Shown here: positions 40,950-50,100 of the stretch, piece after piece
How the letters are laid out: each line of letters begins with the position of its first letter
Position numbering within the stretch: position 1 is the stretch's first letter
Source: Nannocystis bainbridge
GTDB lineage: Bacteria; Myxococcota_A; Polyangia; Nannocystales; Nannocystaceae
DNA length: 64,000 bases
Direction of reading: 5' to 3'
Assembly (NCBI RefSeq): GCF_028368995.1
Contig: NZ_JAQNDL010000003.1
Span: 768,001-832,000 of the forward strand
The notes under the pieces: generated by a model
What the model saw: the letters and a program-made list of their open reading frames with translations, nothing else
What the model was told of the DNA's origin: nothing
Databases searched by the model: none
Made by a program: the position numbers and the translations under genes

Positions 40950-41815
40950 ACCGCGGGATCTGGATCACTCTGGGCACCGCGCTCGGCGTCGCCGGCGTCG
41001 GTGGAGCGCTCCTCCACAGCCGCCGCGCGAGCGCGGCGAGCCTACCCACTCCCGCGCCGGGTCCCGGCCCAGCTTCGGGCCCCGTGCCTGCGCCCGGCCC
41101 AGCACCGCACATCGAGCTGGCGCCGCTGCCCAGGGCCGCCGACGTCAACGGCGACCTCTCGACCAACTGGGGAGAGACGCCGGTCGACCTCCGGCCGCTC
41201 TTCGTGCTGATGGAAGAGATCGCAAGGATCCCGGGCTCGGCCCGCGTGTTCGCGGTGATCGCCTACCGCGAGTCTCGCTTCGTCACGACTGCCCACAATG
41301 GCAACGCAACCGACGAGCAGGACGAGCGCGACGGCTCGCGGCTCGCCTACGACAACAACAAGGCGAAGAACCCGCCGCTGCGCTACGGCGAGCATGCCGC
41401 AGAGTTCGGCAGTGGTGGTCTGTTCGGGGCGCTCGCGCCCTACTTCCTGTGGACCGGCGTGCCCGAGGTCCGCAGCAAGGCTCCGCTCCTGAACGCGCCG
41501 CCTGAGCTGGTCTTTCAGCCACGCGCGGCCGCCTTCGGCGCTGCCGTGTACATGCAGCGGATCCTGAGGAACTACCGCGTCGACGACATCGCCGACATCA
41601 AGGTGGGCTGGGCCAACCCCTCGCTGCTCGGCAGCGGGCGCGGTGGAACCAAATACCACGACGTCCGGGCCCGGTTCCTCACCGACGCAGTCTTCCTCGA
41701 CATCGATCTGACCGACGCGACGACGATCCCCCCGAAGCTCGACGCCTCGGCGTGGCCCGGCGTGCCCGCTGTGTTCGCCGGCCTCGCCGGCGCCCTGCCC
41801 AAGGATCTCGCATGA
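40946..41815 (+). CDS. Membrane-anchored lytic transglycosylase/lysozyme-like protein
   Basis: N-terminal TM, Pro linker, AVIAYRESRF (catalytic Glu), GGLFG in place of GLMQ. Confidence 0.6.
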   Translation: MNRGIWITLGTALGVAGVGGALLHSRRASAASLPTPAPGPGPASGPVPAPGPAPHIELAPLPRAADVNGDLSTNWGETPVDLRPLFVLMEEIARIPGSARVFAVIAYRESRFVTTAHNGNATDEQDERDGSRLAYDNNKAKNPPLRYGEHAAEFGSGGLFGALAPYFLWTGVPEVRSKAPLLNAPPELVFQPRAAAFGAAVYMQRILRNYRVDDIADIKVGWANPSLLGSGRGGTKYHDVRARFLTDAVFLDIDLTDATTIPPKLDASAWPGVPAVFAGLAGALPKDLA

Positions 41816-42825
41816 CCCCCGACCTCAGCTGCTACGGCGAACACATCCGCGGGCTCGCCGACCTCGTCGGCGATTTCGACCTGCGCTCGCCGATGGACGT
41901 GCATGCCTGGTACCGGGTGGAGTGGCAGGCGATCGCCGAGCTGCTCGGGTTCTCGCAGGAGCTGGAGGCGACGCTCGCCCCGCTCCGCGTCGTCCGCGAC
42001 CGCGTGACCGCGACCAACCAGGCTGGCATCGACGCCTTCGCACGCTGGCTCCGCGGGCAACGACCTGGTCTTTCTGACAGCCACGCTCGCACCCAGGATG
42101 CCGTGCTGACGCAACTCGTCGCCACCGGCGAGGAGCGGGGCGAGATGTGGCGTGTGGCGGTCGACCCGACGACCCTCGCCACCGGCGCGTGTTACGACGA
42201 CGGCGGCCAGCTCCGCCGCGCGTTCTACCCCGACACGGCGCCGGGGTACTTCGGAGACGGCTGGAACGGCCCGCCGCCGCGGGCGGAGAGCGCGTGCGGC
42301 TGGACCACGCCGCTCGTGCTGCACCTCGGCACCTTCCCGTGGGTATACAGCTCACGGATCGACGGGCCTGGCGTCGGCGCGCGCTGGGCCTCGAGCGCGA
42401 ACATGCCGGCCGTCGCTGGGATGCGGGCCATGGCGCGGCTGCTCGAGCCCGGCGGAAACCTCAGCCAGGACGCCCGCCAGGTCGCGGCGATCTTCGAGCA
42501 CTTCACCGCCCACACCGCGCCGCTCATCGCCCGCCTGCCCGTCTATCAGCCCGGCCGCGCCGTGGCCGGACAGCTCTACCGGCGCGCGGGCTTCCTGTAT
42601 GTCCATCAGGGCAGCCTGCACCTCGCCGGTCTGTCCGGCCCTCGCGGTCGCATCACCGCTCCGGCCTACAACTACTCTCTGCGCCGCTTCGCCTGCTTCT
42701 TCGCGGTGCGACGCGCGGCCTTGCGGGCCCTCGTGGCGCTGCCGTCCAACCTCCAGCGGATCGCCGAGAGCTCGGGCGACCCGTGCCTGCGACGACACGT
42801 CGAGGAGGTGGCTCGTGCCGGCTGA
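41812..42825 (+). CDS. Hypothetical protein
   Basis: ATGA overlap; no motif recognised. Confidence 0.7.
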   Translation: MTPDLSCYGEHIRGLADLVGDFDLRSPMDVHAWYRVEWQAIAELLGFSQELEATLAPLRVVRDRVTATNQAGIDAFARWLRGQRPGLSDSHARTQDAVLTQLVATGEERGEMWRVAVDPTTLATGACYDDGGQLRRAFYPDTAPGYFGDGWNGPPPRAESACGWTTPLVLHLGTFPWVYSSRIDGPGVGARWASSANMPAVAGMRAMARLLEPGGNLSQDARQVAAIFEHFTAHTAPLIARLPVYQPGRAVAGQLYRRAGFLYVHQGSLHLAGLSGPRGRITAPAYNYSLRRFACFFAVRRAALRALVALPSNLQRIAESSGDPCLRRHVEEVARAG

Positions 42826-42877
42826 ACGCTGTCCACGCCACTCGACGAGCGGAACCGCGCTGGTCTACCCTGCGCGT

Positions 42878-43243
42878 ATGAACGCTCGCGCCTTGATCGT
42901 CCCCGTCCTCCTTCTCCTTGTCGCCGACAGCGTCGGCTGCAAGGACGAGCCTACCGTCAACACGCCTGGTGAGTTCGGCGACCCATGCATCCCGGGCGAG
43001 AACGATGATACGCCCGATGGCTGCGTAGCTGGCATGGAGTGCTACGTGGGCTACTGCGAGGAAAAGTGCACTGAAGATATCGACTGCCAGGCAGTCGAAG
43101 GATGGAACCACGTCTGCGTGGCTGGGCTTTGTCACATCTCTTGCGATGGCGACACTGGTTGCCCCGAGACTCTTGGGGCCTCCCTGGTCTGTGGGGTCAT
43201 CGGTACTTCGCGTTGGTGTGAAGCTAAGGATGATGAATTATGA
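42878..43243 (+). CDS. Cys-rich lipoprotein
   Basis: VLLLLVADSVGC lipobox-like; many further Cys; lower GC. Confidence 0.7.
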   Translation: MNARALIVPVLLLLVADSVGCKDEPTVNTPGEFGDPCIPGENDDTPDGCVAGMECYVGYCEEKCTEDIDCQAVEGWNHVCVAGLCHISCDGDTGCPETLGASLVCGVIGTSRWCEAKDDEL

Positions 43244-45150
43244 AGTTCGATCCCAACAGCCGGCTTTTTGATCGAGTTCCTGATCTCTTCCAAAGCCCGT
43301 TTCCCGGCGCGGATGCCTACGCTGATAACGCATTTCAGGCTCTTCTGTCGAGGGCTATCGGGTCCGGACAGGGCCGAACGGTTGGTCAGGAACTTCTCAC
43401 ACAAGCAGGGGCCCAGGCGTGGAATCAGGCCACGCAGATGTTGTGGAAGTCCAAGGCGACACAGGCAGGCGATATTCTTGGCGACGTCTGGTCGAAAATT
43501 GCCTGGATTGATTCCAAGAAGGACTCCATTGCCGGCGTGTTGGCGGAGGTACCATTTCCGCTAACGACAGATCCGCAGCAACTTGTCAGCGCCATAGCTG
43601 GCGTGGCACTCGATCTAGCCCTCAACGCCGTAACCGCGGTGCCGGTGGTGGGGTGGATCGTGGGGATTGTGGTCGGCATCGGTCGCGCCTTGGCCCCTCT
43701 CTTCACGGGGCTCCTTAATGAGGACGACCAAGTTCTCGTCGAACGTCGTAATATGCTGCCTTGGCGTCGTTACAATGAGAAGATTGACCAATGGTGGGTC
43801 CAGAATTTTGTCAAGGTTGAAGCGGGAGGGTCCGACTGGACGCCGACGTTCTCACCACCCACCGAGGCGCACGCGTGGAGTCTCGCGGACGGCATTGATG
43901 AGGACGGTAACAAGATCGGGCAGGTGCTCGCGCCATTCTCGGGCAAGTCCGTTGCGTGGAACGGCGCCTACGGCTGCCTGCCCGGCACCTTTCGCGTCGC
44001 GGGGATCCTCCAGTATCGAGGCCGACCACAACCGCCGCACTCGGCGCTGCGCTTTTACAACGACGGCACGCTGATCCATCTCCACGGCGACTTCACGCAG
44101 ACGGGCGACTTTTACCCCTCGCTTCAGCAACTCGCCGGCACGTGCTGGCAGCAGGTCGCGGCCGGCGGCCCCGATAGCTACAAAGTCGACTGCGTCGCCC
44201 TCGAGAAGCTGTGGCGCGACTGGTTCACGGCGCTCTACACCTCGGTGATGGACCAGGGCCACGGAGACTGGCTCCTCGGCTACCTCGCGCGCGAGGTCCA
44301 CGGCGAGTGGCGGTTCGGCGCCAGCGCCTCCGGTGTCCTACGCCCCGAGGCCACGGACGGCACGACCGTTCCCCTTGTCACCCCAGGCACCTTCCAGAAT
44401 GGGGCGCTGGCGTCCCCGCGGTCGCGGACGACCTGCATGTATAGCGACCTCGTGCTCAAGGACAAACCGCGGACCCAGAGCGGATATCTGCCGCAAAAAT
44501 GGACGCGCGACGCCAAGACCAAAGAGTACGTTGCGCCGCAGATCTACGCCCAGACCGGCGGGCCCGGGATGGTCTGCGTCCCATGGCCGCCCGGCGAGCT
44601 GTTGCTCTCGAAGTACAAGCGGGCCGACGACATGATCGTCCTCCCCGCCGTTCGGGCGGTCGCCCAGCTCCAGCGGCGCCGGCTCTCACGCAGCCTCGAC
44701 TGCGCCTACGTCCGCCCCGACGCGGTCGGCGACAAGCCGGCCTACGCCGCCTTCCGCGACGCTTCGCTGAGGGCCCATTGCATCGAGATGCGCAAGCGCC
44801 TGCTTCAGCACCCGTCGCGGATGCTCGTCGAGTACGAGACGGCGCGCGAGGTCGACCCCGAGTACGCGAGCGCTCTCAAGGACGCCGGCGTGCCGACGAA
44901 CGCGATCCAGCGCGGGGCGGCCAAGCTCGGGCTGCGCGGCTCCGCCGGGGCCGAGGCGCTCGACCCGAAGACCCCGGCGCCCGATCGGCCTGTGCTACCG
45001 CAGGGCGGACTACCCTTTGACCCGGATCCCGAGCGGGACCGCGGCGGCCCCCGATGGCTCGGCCCCGCGGTACTCGGCGGCGCCGCACTCGCCACGACGA
45101 TCGCCGTCGCGGTCGGCGTCGCGCGAAGCAGAAGAACCAATGCACGATAG
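43240..45150 (+). CDS. 636-aa membrane protein with internal hydrophobic hairpin and C-terminal anchor
   Basis: AVTAVPVVGWIVGIVVGIG; ends AVLGGAALATTIAVAVGVA-RSRR. Confidence 0.75.
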   Translation: MKFDPNSRLFDRVPDLFQSPFPGADAYADNAFQALLSRAIGSGQGRTVGQELLTQAGAQAWNQATQMLWKSKATQAGDILGDVWSKIAWIDSKKDSIAGVLAEVPFPLTTDPQQLVSAIAGVALDLALNAVTAVPVVGWIVGIVVGIGRALAPLFTGLLNEDDQVLVERRNMLPWRRYNEKIDQWWVQNFVKVEAGGSDWTPTFSPPTEAHAWSLADGIDEDGNKIGQVLAPFSGKSVAWNGAYGCLPGTFRVAGILQYRGRPQPPHSALRFYNDGTLIHLHGDFTQTGDFYPSLQQLAGTCWQQVAAGGPDSYKVDCVALEKLWRDWFTALYTSVMDQGHGDWLLGYLAREVHGEWRFGASASGVLRPEATDGTTVPLVTPGTFQNGALASPRSRTTCMYSDLVLKDKPRTQSGYLPQKWTRDAKTKEYVAPQIYAQTGGPGMVCVPWPPGELLLSKYKRADDMIVLPAVRAVAQLQRRRLSRSLDCAYVRPDAVGDKPAYAAFRDASLRAHCIEMRKRLLQHPSRMLVEYETAREVDPEYASALKDAGVPTNAIQRGAAKLGLRGSAGAEALDPKTPAPDRPVLPQGGLPFDPDPERDRGGPRWLGPAVLGGAALATTIAVAVGVARSRRTNAR

Positions 45151-45161
45151 GGAGGTGGAAT

Positions 45162-46040
45162 GTGAAGTGGGGACTTCAGCATGTCAAGGTGACGCTCGAG
45201 GAGAGCGAATCAGGGGAGACCGTCGTCATCCAGCAGAGCTCGGATGGCCGCGTCACTTGTGAACGCGGAAAGCAGAGCAAATCCGAAAGCGCGGCAAACC
45301 ATGCACCGCGTGCTGCCAGGACCAAGACCGAGGCTTCCACGTCGGTCCCGGCGAAGCCGGTAGCGGAGAAGCGGCGCGAGGGGGAGGCACGCGCGGCCGA
45401 GGACAAACCGAAGGCCAGGGCCGCCGCAAAGAAGCCACGCGTCTCACAACCGGCAAGCCCGCCGAGCGGTGGCCGACGCACGTCGCTCGAGTGGATGCCG
45501 GTCAAAGATCACAAGTACGACGGCTTCGCCGCCCCGTCCGGCGCGGGGCATTTCAAGGCGCTGATTGCCGAGGGTACGCAGTGGGCGCTGTTCTTCGAGA
45601 TCAAGGGCATCGTGGTCAAACCCATCGCCTGCTTCGGCAAGGTCTCTGAAGCGAAGAAGCGCGCGCAGAAGCTCCACGATGCTGGCTGGCCCGAGTCCGA
45701 GTTCGGTCCTCTCACGGCGGGTCTGATCGCGCGCGCTTGCCCTGCGCCGGCGGGGAGGGCCGACGAGGGCACACAGCGAGGCGAAGAGCGGAAGGCCGCG
45801 CCAGAGACCGAGGAGAACCCGGCGCCCCCGAGGGTCGCGCCAAAGGCCAAGGAGAAGCCGGCCGTATCAAAGACCAAGGAGAAGCCGGCCGCGCAAGGGC
45901 CCGAGGAGAAGCCGGCCGCCCCGGAGCCCGAACCGAGGGGCCCGAGCAAGTCCGAAGCAGCCCAGGATCAGGAGCTGATGAGCGGCTTCACCAGCGAGAT
46001 CGAAAAGGCCCTCGACGAGGACGAGGACGAGGACGACTGA
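45162..46040 (+). CDS. Hypothetical protein with Lys/Ala/Pro-rich regions and acidic tail
   Basis: GGAGG RBS; repeated EKPA; ends DEDEDEDD. Confidence 0.65.
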   Translation: MKWGLQHVKVTLEESESGETVVIQQSSDGRVTCERGKQSKSESAANHAPRAARTKTEASTSVPAKPVAEKRREGEARAAEDKPKARAAAKKPRVSQPASPPSGGRRTSLEWMPVKDHKYDGFAAPSGAGHFKALIAEGTQWALFFEIKGIVVKPIACFGKVSEAKKRAQKLHDAGWPESEFGPLTAGLIARACPAPAGRADEGTQRGEERKAAPETEENPAPPRVAPKAKEKPAVSKTKEKPAAQGPEEKPAAPEPEPRGPSKSEAAQDQELMSGFTSEIEKALDEDEDEDD

Positions 46041-46041
46041 C

Positions 46042-46437
46042 ATGTCTCATCAGCCAGGATCCATCTACAAGATCGGCGGCCGACGCTACGTCGACAGCCA
46101 GGCCGTTTACAACCTCGCCGACGCCCACGAGGTCGTCGCGCAGCATGACGGCTGGCGCGTGATGCTCGGCGCGGGTGCGGTCCATTGCGCCCGCGTCGAG
46201 GACCGCCCCGAGCTCCCGCGTCAGCGCGGCGCCCTCTACGAGCTGTCCGCCGCGGGCGGCGCGAGCCTCAAGGCCCAGCGAGCCACGTGGCTCTCCCAGG
46301 GCCTCGTCCAGCCCGGCGGCACCTTCGACGCCTGGCCCGGCGACCCGCCGGCGAAACCCGGCTGCGGCGGCTGCGGCAAGACCTGCGGCTGCGGCCCCTG
46401 CCGCCTCGAGCACGACACTGGCGAAGAGCATTCGTAG
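46042..46437 (+). CDS. Hypothetical protein with Cys-rich tail
   Basis: GCGGCGKTCGCGPC. Confidence 0.7.
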   Translation: MSHQPGSIYKIGGRRYVDSQAVYNLADAHEVVAQHDGWRVMLGAGAVHCARVEDRPELPRQRGALYELSAAGGASLKAQRATWLSQGLVQPGGTFDAWPGDPPAKPGCGGCGKTCGCGPCRLEHDTGEEHS

Positions 46438-46446
46438 GAGAGACCT

Positions 46447-47088
46447 ATGAAGCCCGCCGAGCTCCTCAAGATCGTCTTGCCGCGCTGGCGCGCGAAGATG
46501 TCGCAGCAGTTCTCGCTGGCGACGCTCGATGGCTTTGTCCGTCGAAACCGTGCCACGCTCGAAGAACTCGTCGCGCGCGCGCTCGCAAGTCGCCAGGCCG
46601 CGCACGGTGCATTGCCGGAGACTCCCGAGGAGTTCGCCGCTTACGACCGGCTCGTCGCGCGTGAACGGCCCCAGGATGCCGAGTCGGACGAGGCCGTCCT
46701 GACGCGGTTGTTCGAGCGAATCGACGAGTTGTTCGCCGAGGGCTACCGGGAGCTCCTGGTGCTCCGCAACGTCGGGCTCGAGTTCGTCGATGCACGCGCC
46801 GAGGCCATCCTTCTGCGCAAGGCCGGCTGGGACTCCGTGCCGCTCCTTCTCGGCCGCCCCGCGCTCGCCTTCGTCATCGCCGGCGCTGTCATGGCGGTCC
46901 GTGACTCGATGGGCAGCCTCGCTATCCATCCGGACCAAAGAGGCAAGCTGAACCATCTCCACTTCGACCTCAACCGGGCCGAGCAGCGAGTCGTCGATCT
47001 ATACGAGGCCATCGACATCGGGAGCGACACCAAGGAGCGCCTGGGGCGCTTCGCGGAATCCCTCTGGAAGCTCGCACGCGCCGCCTGA
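46447..47088 (+). CDS. Stand-alone paralog of the N-terminal domain of the downstream helicase
   Basis: LPRWR.K, DGF..RNR, LVARERP.DAE and RAEAILLR.AGWD.VPLLL.RP occur in both. Confidence 0.8.
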   Translation: MKPAELLKIVLPRWRAKMSQQFSLATLDGFVRRNRATLEELVARALASRQAAHGALPETPEEFAAYDRLVARERPQDAESDEAVLTRLFERIDELFAEGYRELLVLRNVGLEFVDARAEAILLRKAGWDSVPLLLGRPALAFVIAGAVMAVRDSMGSLAIHPDQRGKLNHLHFDLNRAEQRVVDLYEAIDIGSDTKERLGRFAESLWKLARAA

Positions 47089-47125
47089 CTGCCGTCGATC
47101 GCCTCCCTCGCATACGGAGATCCTC

Positions 47126-50100
47126 ATGACCCCCGCTGCCATCCTCGACAAGCTTCTGCCCCGCTGGCGCACCAAGCTGTCGCCGAACTACTCGCCCGAG
47201 TACATCGACGGCTTCATTCAACGCAACCGCCCCATGCTCGAGGCCGTCGTCGCGCGCACGATGATGCTGCGCCGAATCAAGCGGGGCGACCCGCCCAAGA
47301 CAGTCGACGAGTTCGCGGTCTACGCGAAGCTCGTCGCGCGCGAGCGGCCGAAGGACGCGGAGCCCGACGCCGCCGTGGTCAAGCGCGTGCTGAAGCGCAT
47401 GGATAAGATGCTCGCCCGCAAGGGGGATCCGGCCGGCCAGGAAGCCGCGGGCGCATTCGGCGTCGAGTACGCCGAGCTTCGCGCCGAGGCGATTCTCCTG
47501 CGACGGGCCGGCTGGGATGCGGTCCCGCTGCTCCTACGCCGACCCTCGCTGGCGCTCTTCTCCGCCGGCTCGGTCGTCGTCGTTCGCGACGCCCAGAAGT
47601 CGCTGCACTTCTTCCCTGGCCTTGAGGATAGCGGGGAGAAGATCCGCGCCGATGTGGCGGAGGTGCAGAGGCGTGTCCTGCAGCTCCGTGACGGCATCGT
47701 CGACGCCGCCCGCTTCGATCGCTACGCCATGGCTCTGTGGACGCGCGCCCGCGCCGGTGGCACCTCGGCCACCCCCTCGCGCGAGATCGAGACCCCGCCC
47801 GACCTGCGCGACAAGTCGTGGCGCACCGAGGCCAACCTCCAGGCGATGCGCCTCGTGCTGTCCAAAGAGCCAGGCGAGCTCACCGCCGAGGACCTCCAGG
47901 CCCTCGCGCAATATTCGGGCTGGGGCGGCCTGTCGATCGACAGCGTCAAGAAGATGCTCCCGCCCGAGCTCGTCCCCGAGTCCTTCGGCCTGATCCACGA
48001 GTATTACACCCCCACGGCGATCACCGAGTCGATCGCCGAGGCCTTGTGCTCCCTGCTGCCCGAGCTTGCCGGCAACGACGGCATCGTCCGAGCACTGGAA
48101 CCCAGCGCGGGCGTCGGTCGCCTGATCCGCGCGTTCAGCCCGCGCCGCTGCCTCGCGCTCGAGGCCGGCGGCCAGATCAAGAAGATCGCCTGGACGGCCG
48201 TCGAGTTCTCCAAGGTCAGCTCAACGCTGCTCCGCGCGCTGCGCCCTGACGTCGACCTCTACCACCTGCCCTTCGAGCGCTGGGTCCGCGACGAGGGCCC
48301 CCGCTATCAGGGCACCTTCGGCCTCATCGTCTCCAACCCGCCCTACGGCGAGCGCGGCGCGATGGCCCGCGAGGACCCCGACGAGTTTTACAAGGAGAAG
48401 CGCGCCTTCGCATACTTCATGCGACGCGCGCTCGACCTCCTGGTCCCGGGTGGTGTCGGCGTGTTCCTGATCCCCGCCGGCTTCATGAGCGGCAACCTCA
48501 ATCGCAACCTGCGCGAGAAGCTGCTGCGCCGCCATCACCTGCTCGGAGCCTTCCGCCTGCCGAGTCACGATCGCAAGGGGCGCGAGACGGTGCCCGGTGC
48601 GTCGGTCGTGATGGACGTCGTCTTCTGGCGCAGCCGCGGCGGCGAGCTGACCGAGGTCGACCCTGCCGATGACTTCATCCTCGACGGCGACTACTTCAAA
48701 CATCACCCGGACCACGTCCTCGGAAAGGAGGACGGCTCATTTGCCGGGGACGACGAGGCCGGCATGGCGCGGAGCTGGCGCTACAAGGTCACAGGCGACT
48801 TCAAGGGTCTGCCTCCGATCGAGCCGCGGCCCGTCTGCACCGCCTGCGTGCTCACGTCGATCGTGCAGCGCGACGATGTCGGTACATTTCAAACGGTCGC
48901 GCGCGAGGACGATGGCATCCCCGCCGACGTCGACGAAGATTTGCGCCCGGCGCTCGAGCTCGGCCGCCGCGTCGGCCGCTACCTCGTCGCTGTCGGCGCC
49001 GACGAGGCCGACAGGGCCGCGCAGCTCTGGCCCGAGCTCCACACTGCGCTCCGCGACTTCTCCACGAGCTTCGGGAACCCCTGGCGCTCCAAGCCCCTGC
49101 GCGAGCTCGCCGAGGGCCGCCGCAAGCTCGCCACGGCCCAGCAGGTCCTCAACGCCTTCGAGAAGACCGGCAGCGTCGTCCCCGCGCTGCGGGAGGCGCC
49201 GGCGGTCGCGCCGAAGTTCTCCGGCCAGCCCGACGATGTCATCGCCCAGGCCGAGGGGCTCTTTCGCCAGCAGCGCGCCCTGACCGTCGCGCAGCTCATG
49301 AGCTTCCATCAGCGCCAGGGCGGCACGCTCTCGACCGAAGCCACCCTCGCGGCTCTCCTCGCTGCCGGCTGGAACCTCGACGGCGACGCATGGGATCAGC
49401 TCCTCCCGAGCGACGCCTACCTGACGGGCAACGATCTGTGGGAGCGCCACGACCGCGCCGTCGAGCGCGCCCGTCGCGGCGACGAGCAGGCCAAGGTGCA
49501 GGCTCGCCGGTTGCTCGAGGCGATCAAGCCCGCTGTCTTCGATGACCTCACCGACATCAGCCCCCAGCACGGCTACGTCCCGCTGGACCTCGTCGCCGGC
49601 TGGATCTCCGCGACGTTGAACGGCCGCTACGGCGCCATCGAGCTCGAACGCAAGGGCGGCTTCGTGCAGGTCCGCGGTCACGATTACACAGCCGAGAACC
49701 TGCCCCCGATGGCGCCGGAGACCCTCGCGTTCCTTGGCTACTACAATCACGACCCCGAGCTCTTCCGGCCGCCGCAGGAGAAGCGGGAGCGCGACGCTGG
49801 GCCTACGAGCCGCGAGGATCGGGCCGCCAAGAAGCAGAGCCTCGCCGAGCGACGGCTGGCCCTGGCGAAGAAGTGGGACGAGTCGTTCAGGGCGTGGGTC
49901 GCCGCCGACGAAGCCCGACGTGAGCAGCTCGTCCACGCCTACAACCGAATCGCGCGCGGCCGCGTCGTCCCGACGTTCTCGCCCGAGCCCCTCGACATCG
50001 TCCGCTGGGGCTCGCACGCGCCGAAGCTCAAGCCGCACCAGATCGCCGGCGCACGCCGCGTGCTCGCGCAGCGTGGCGGCCTCGTCGCCTTCGACGTCGG

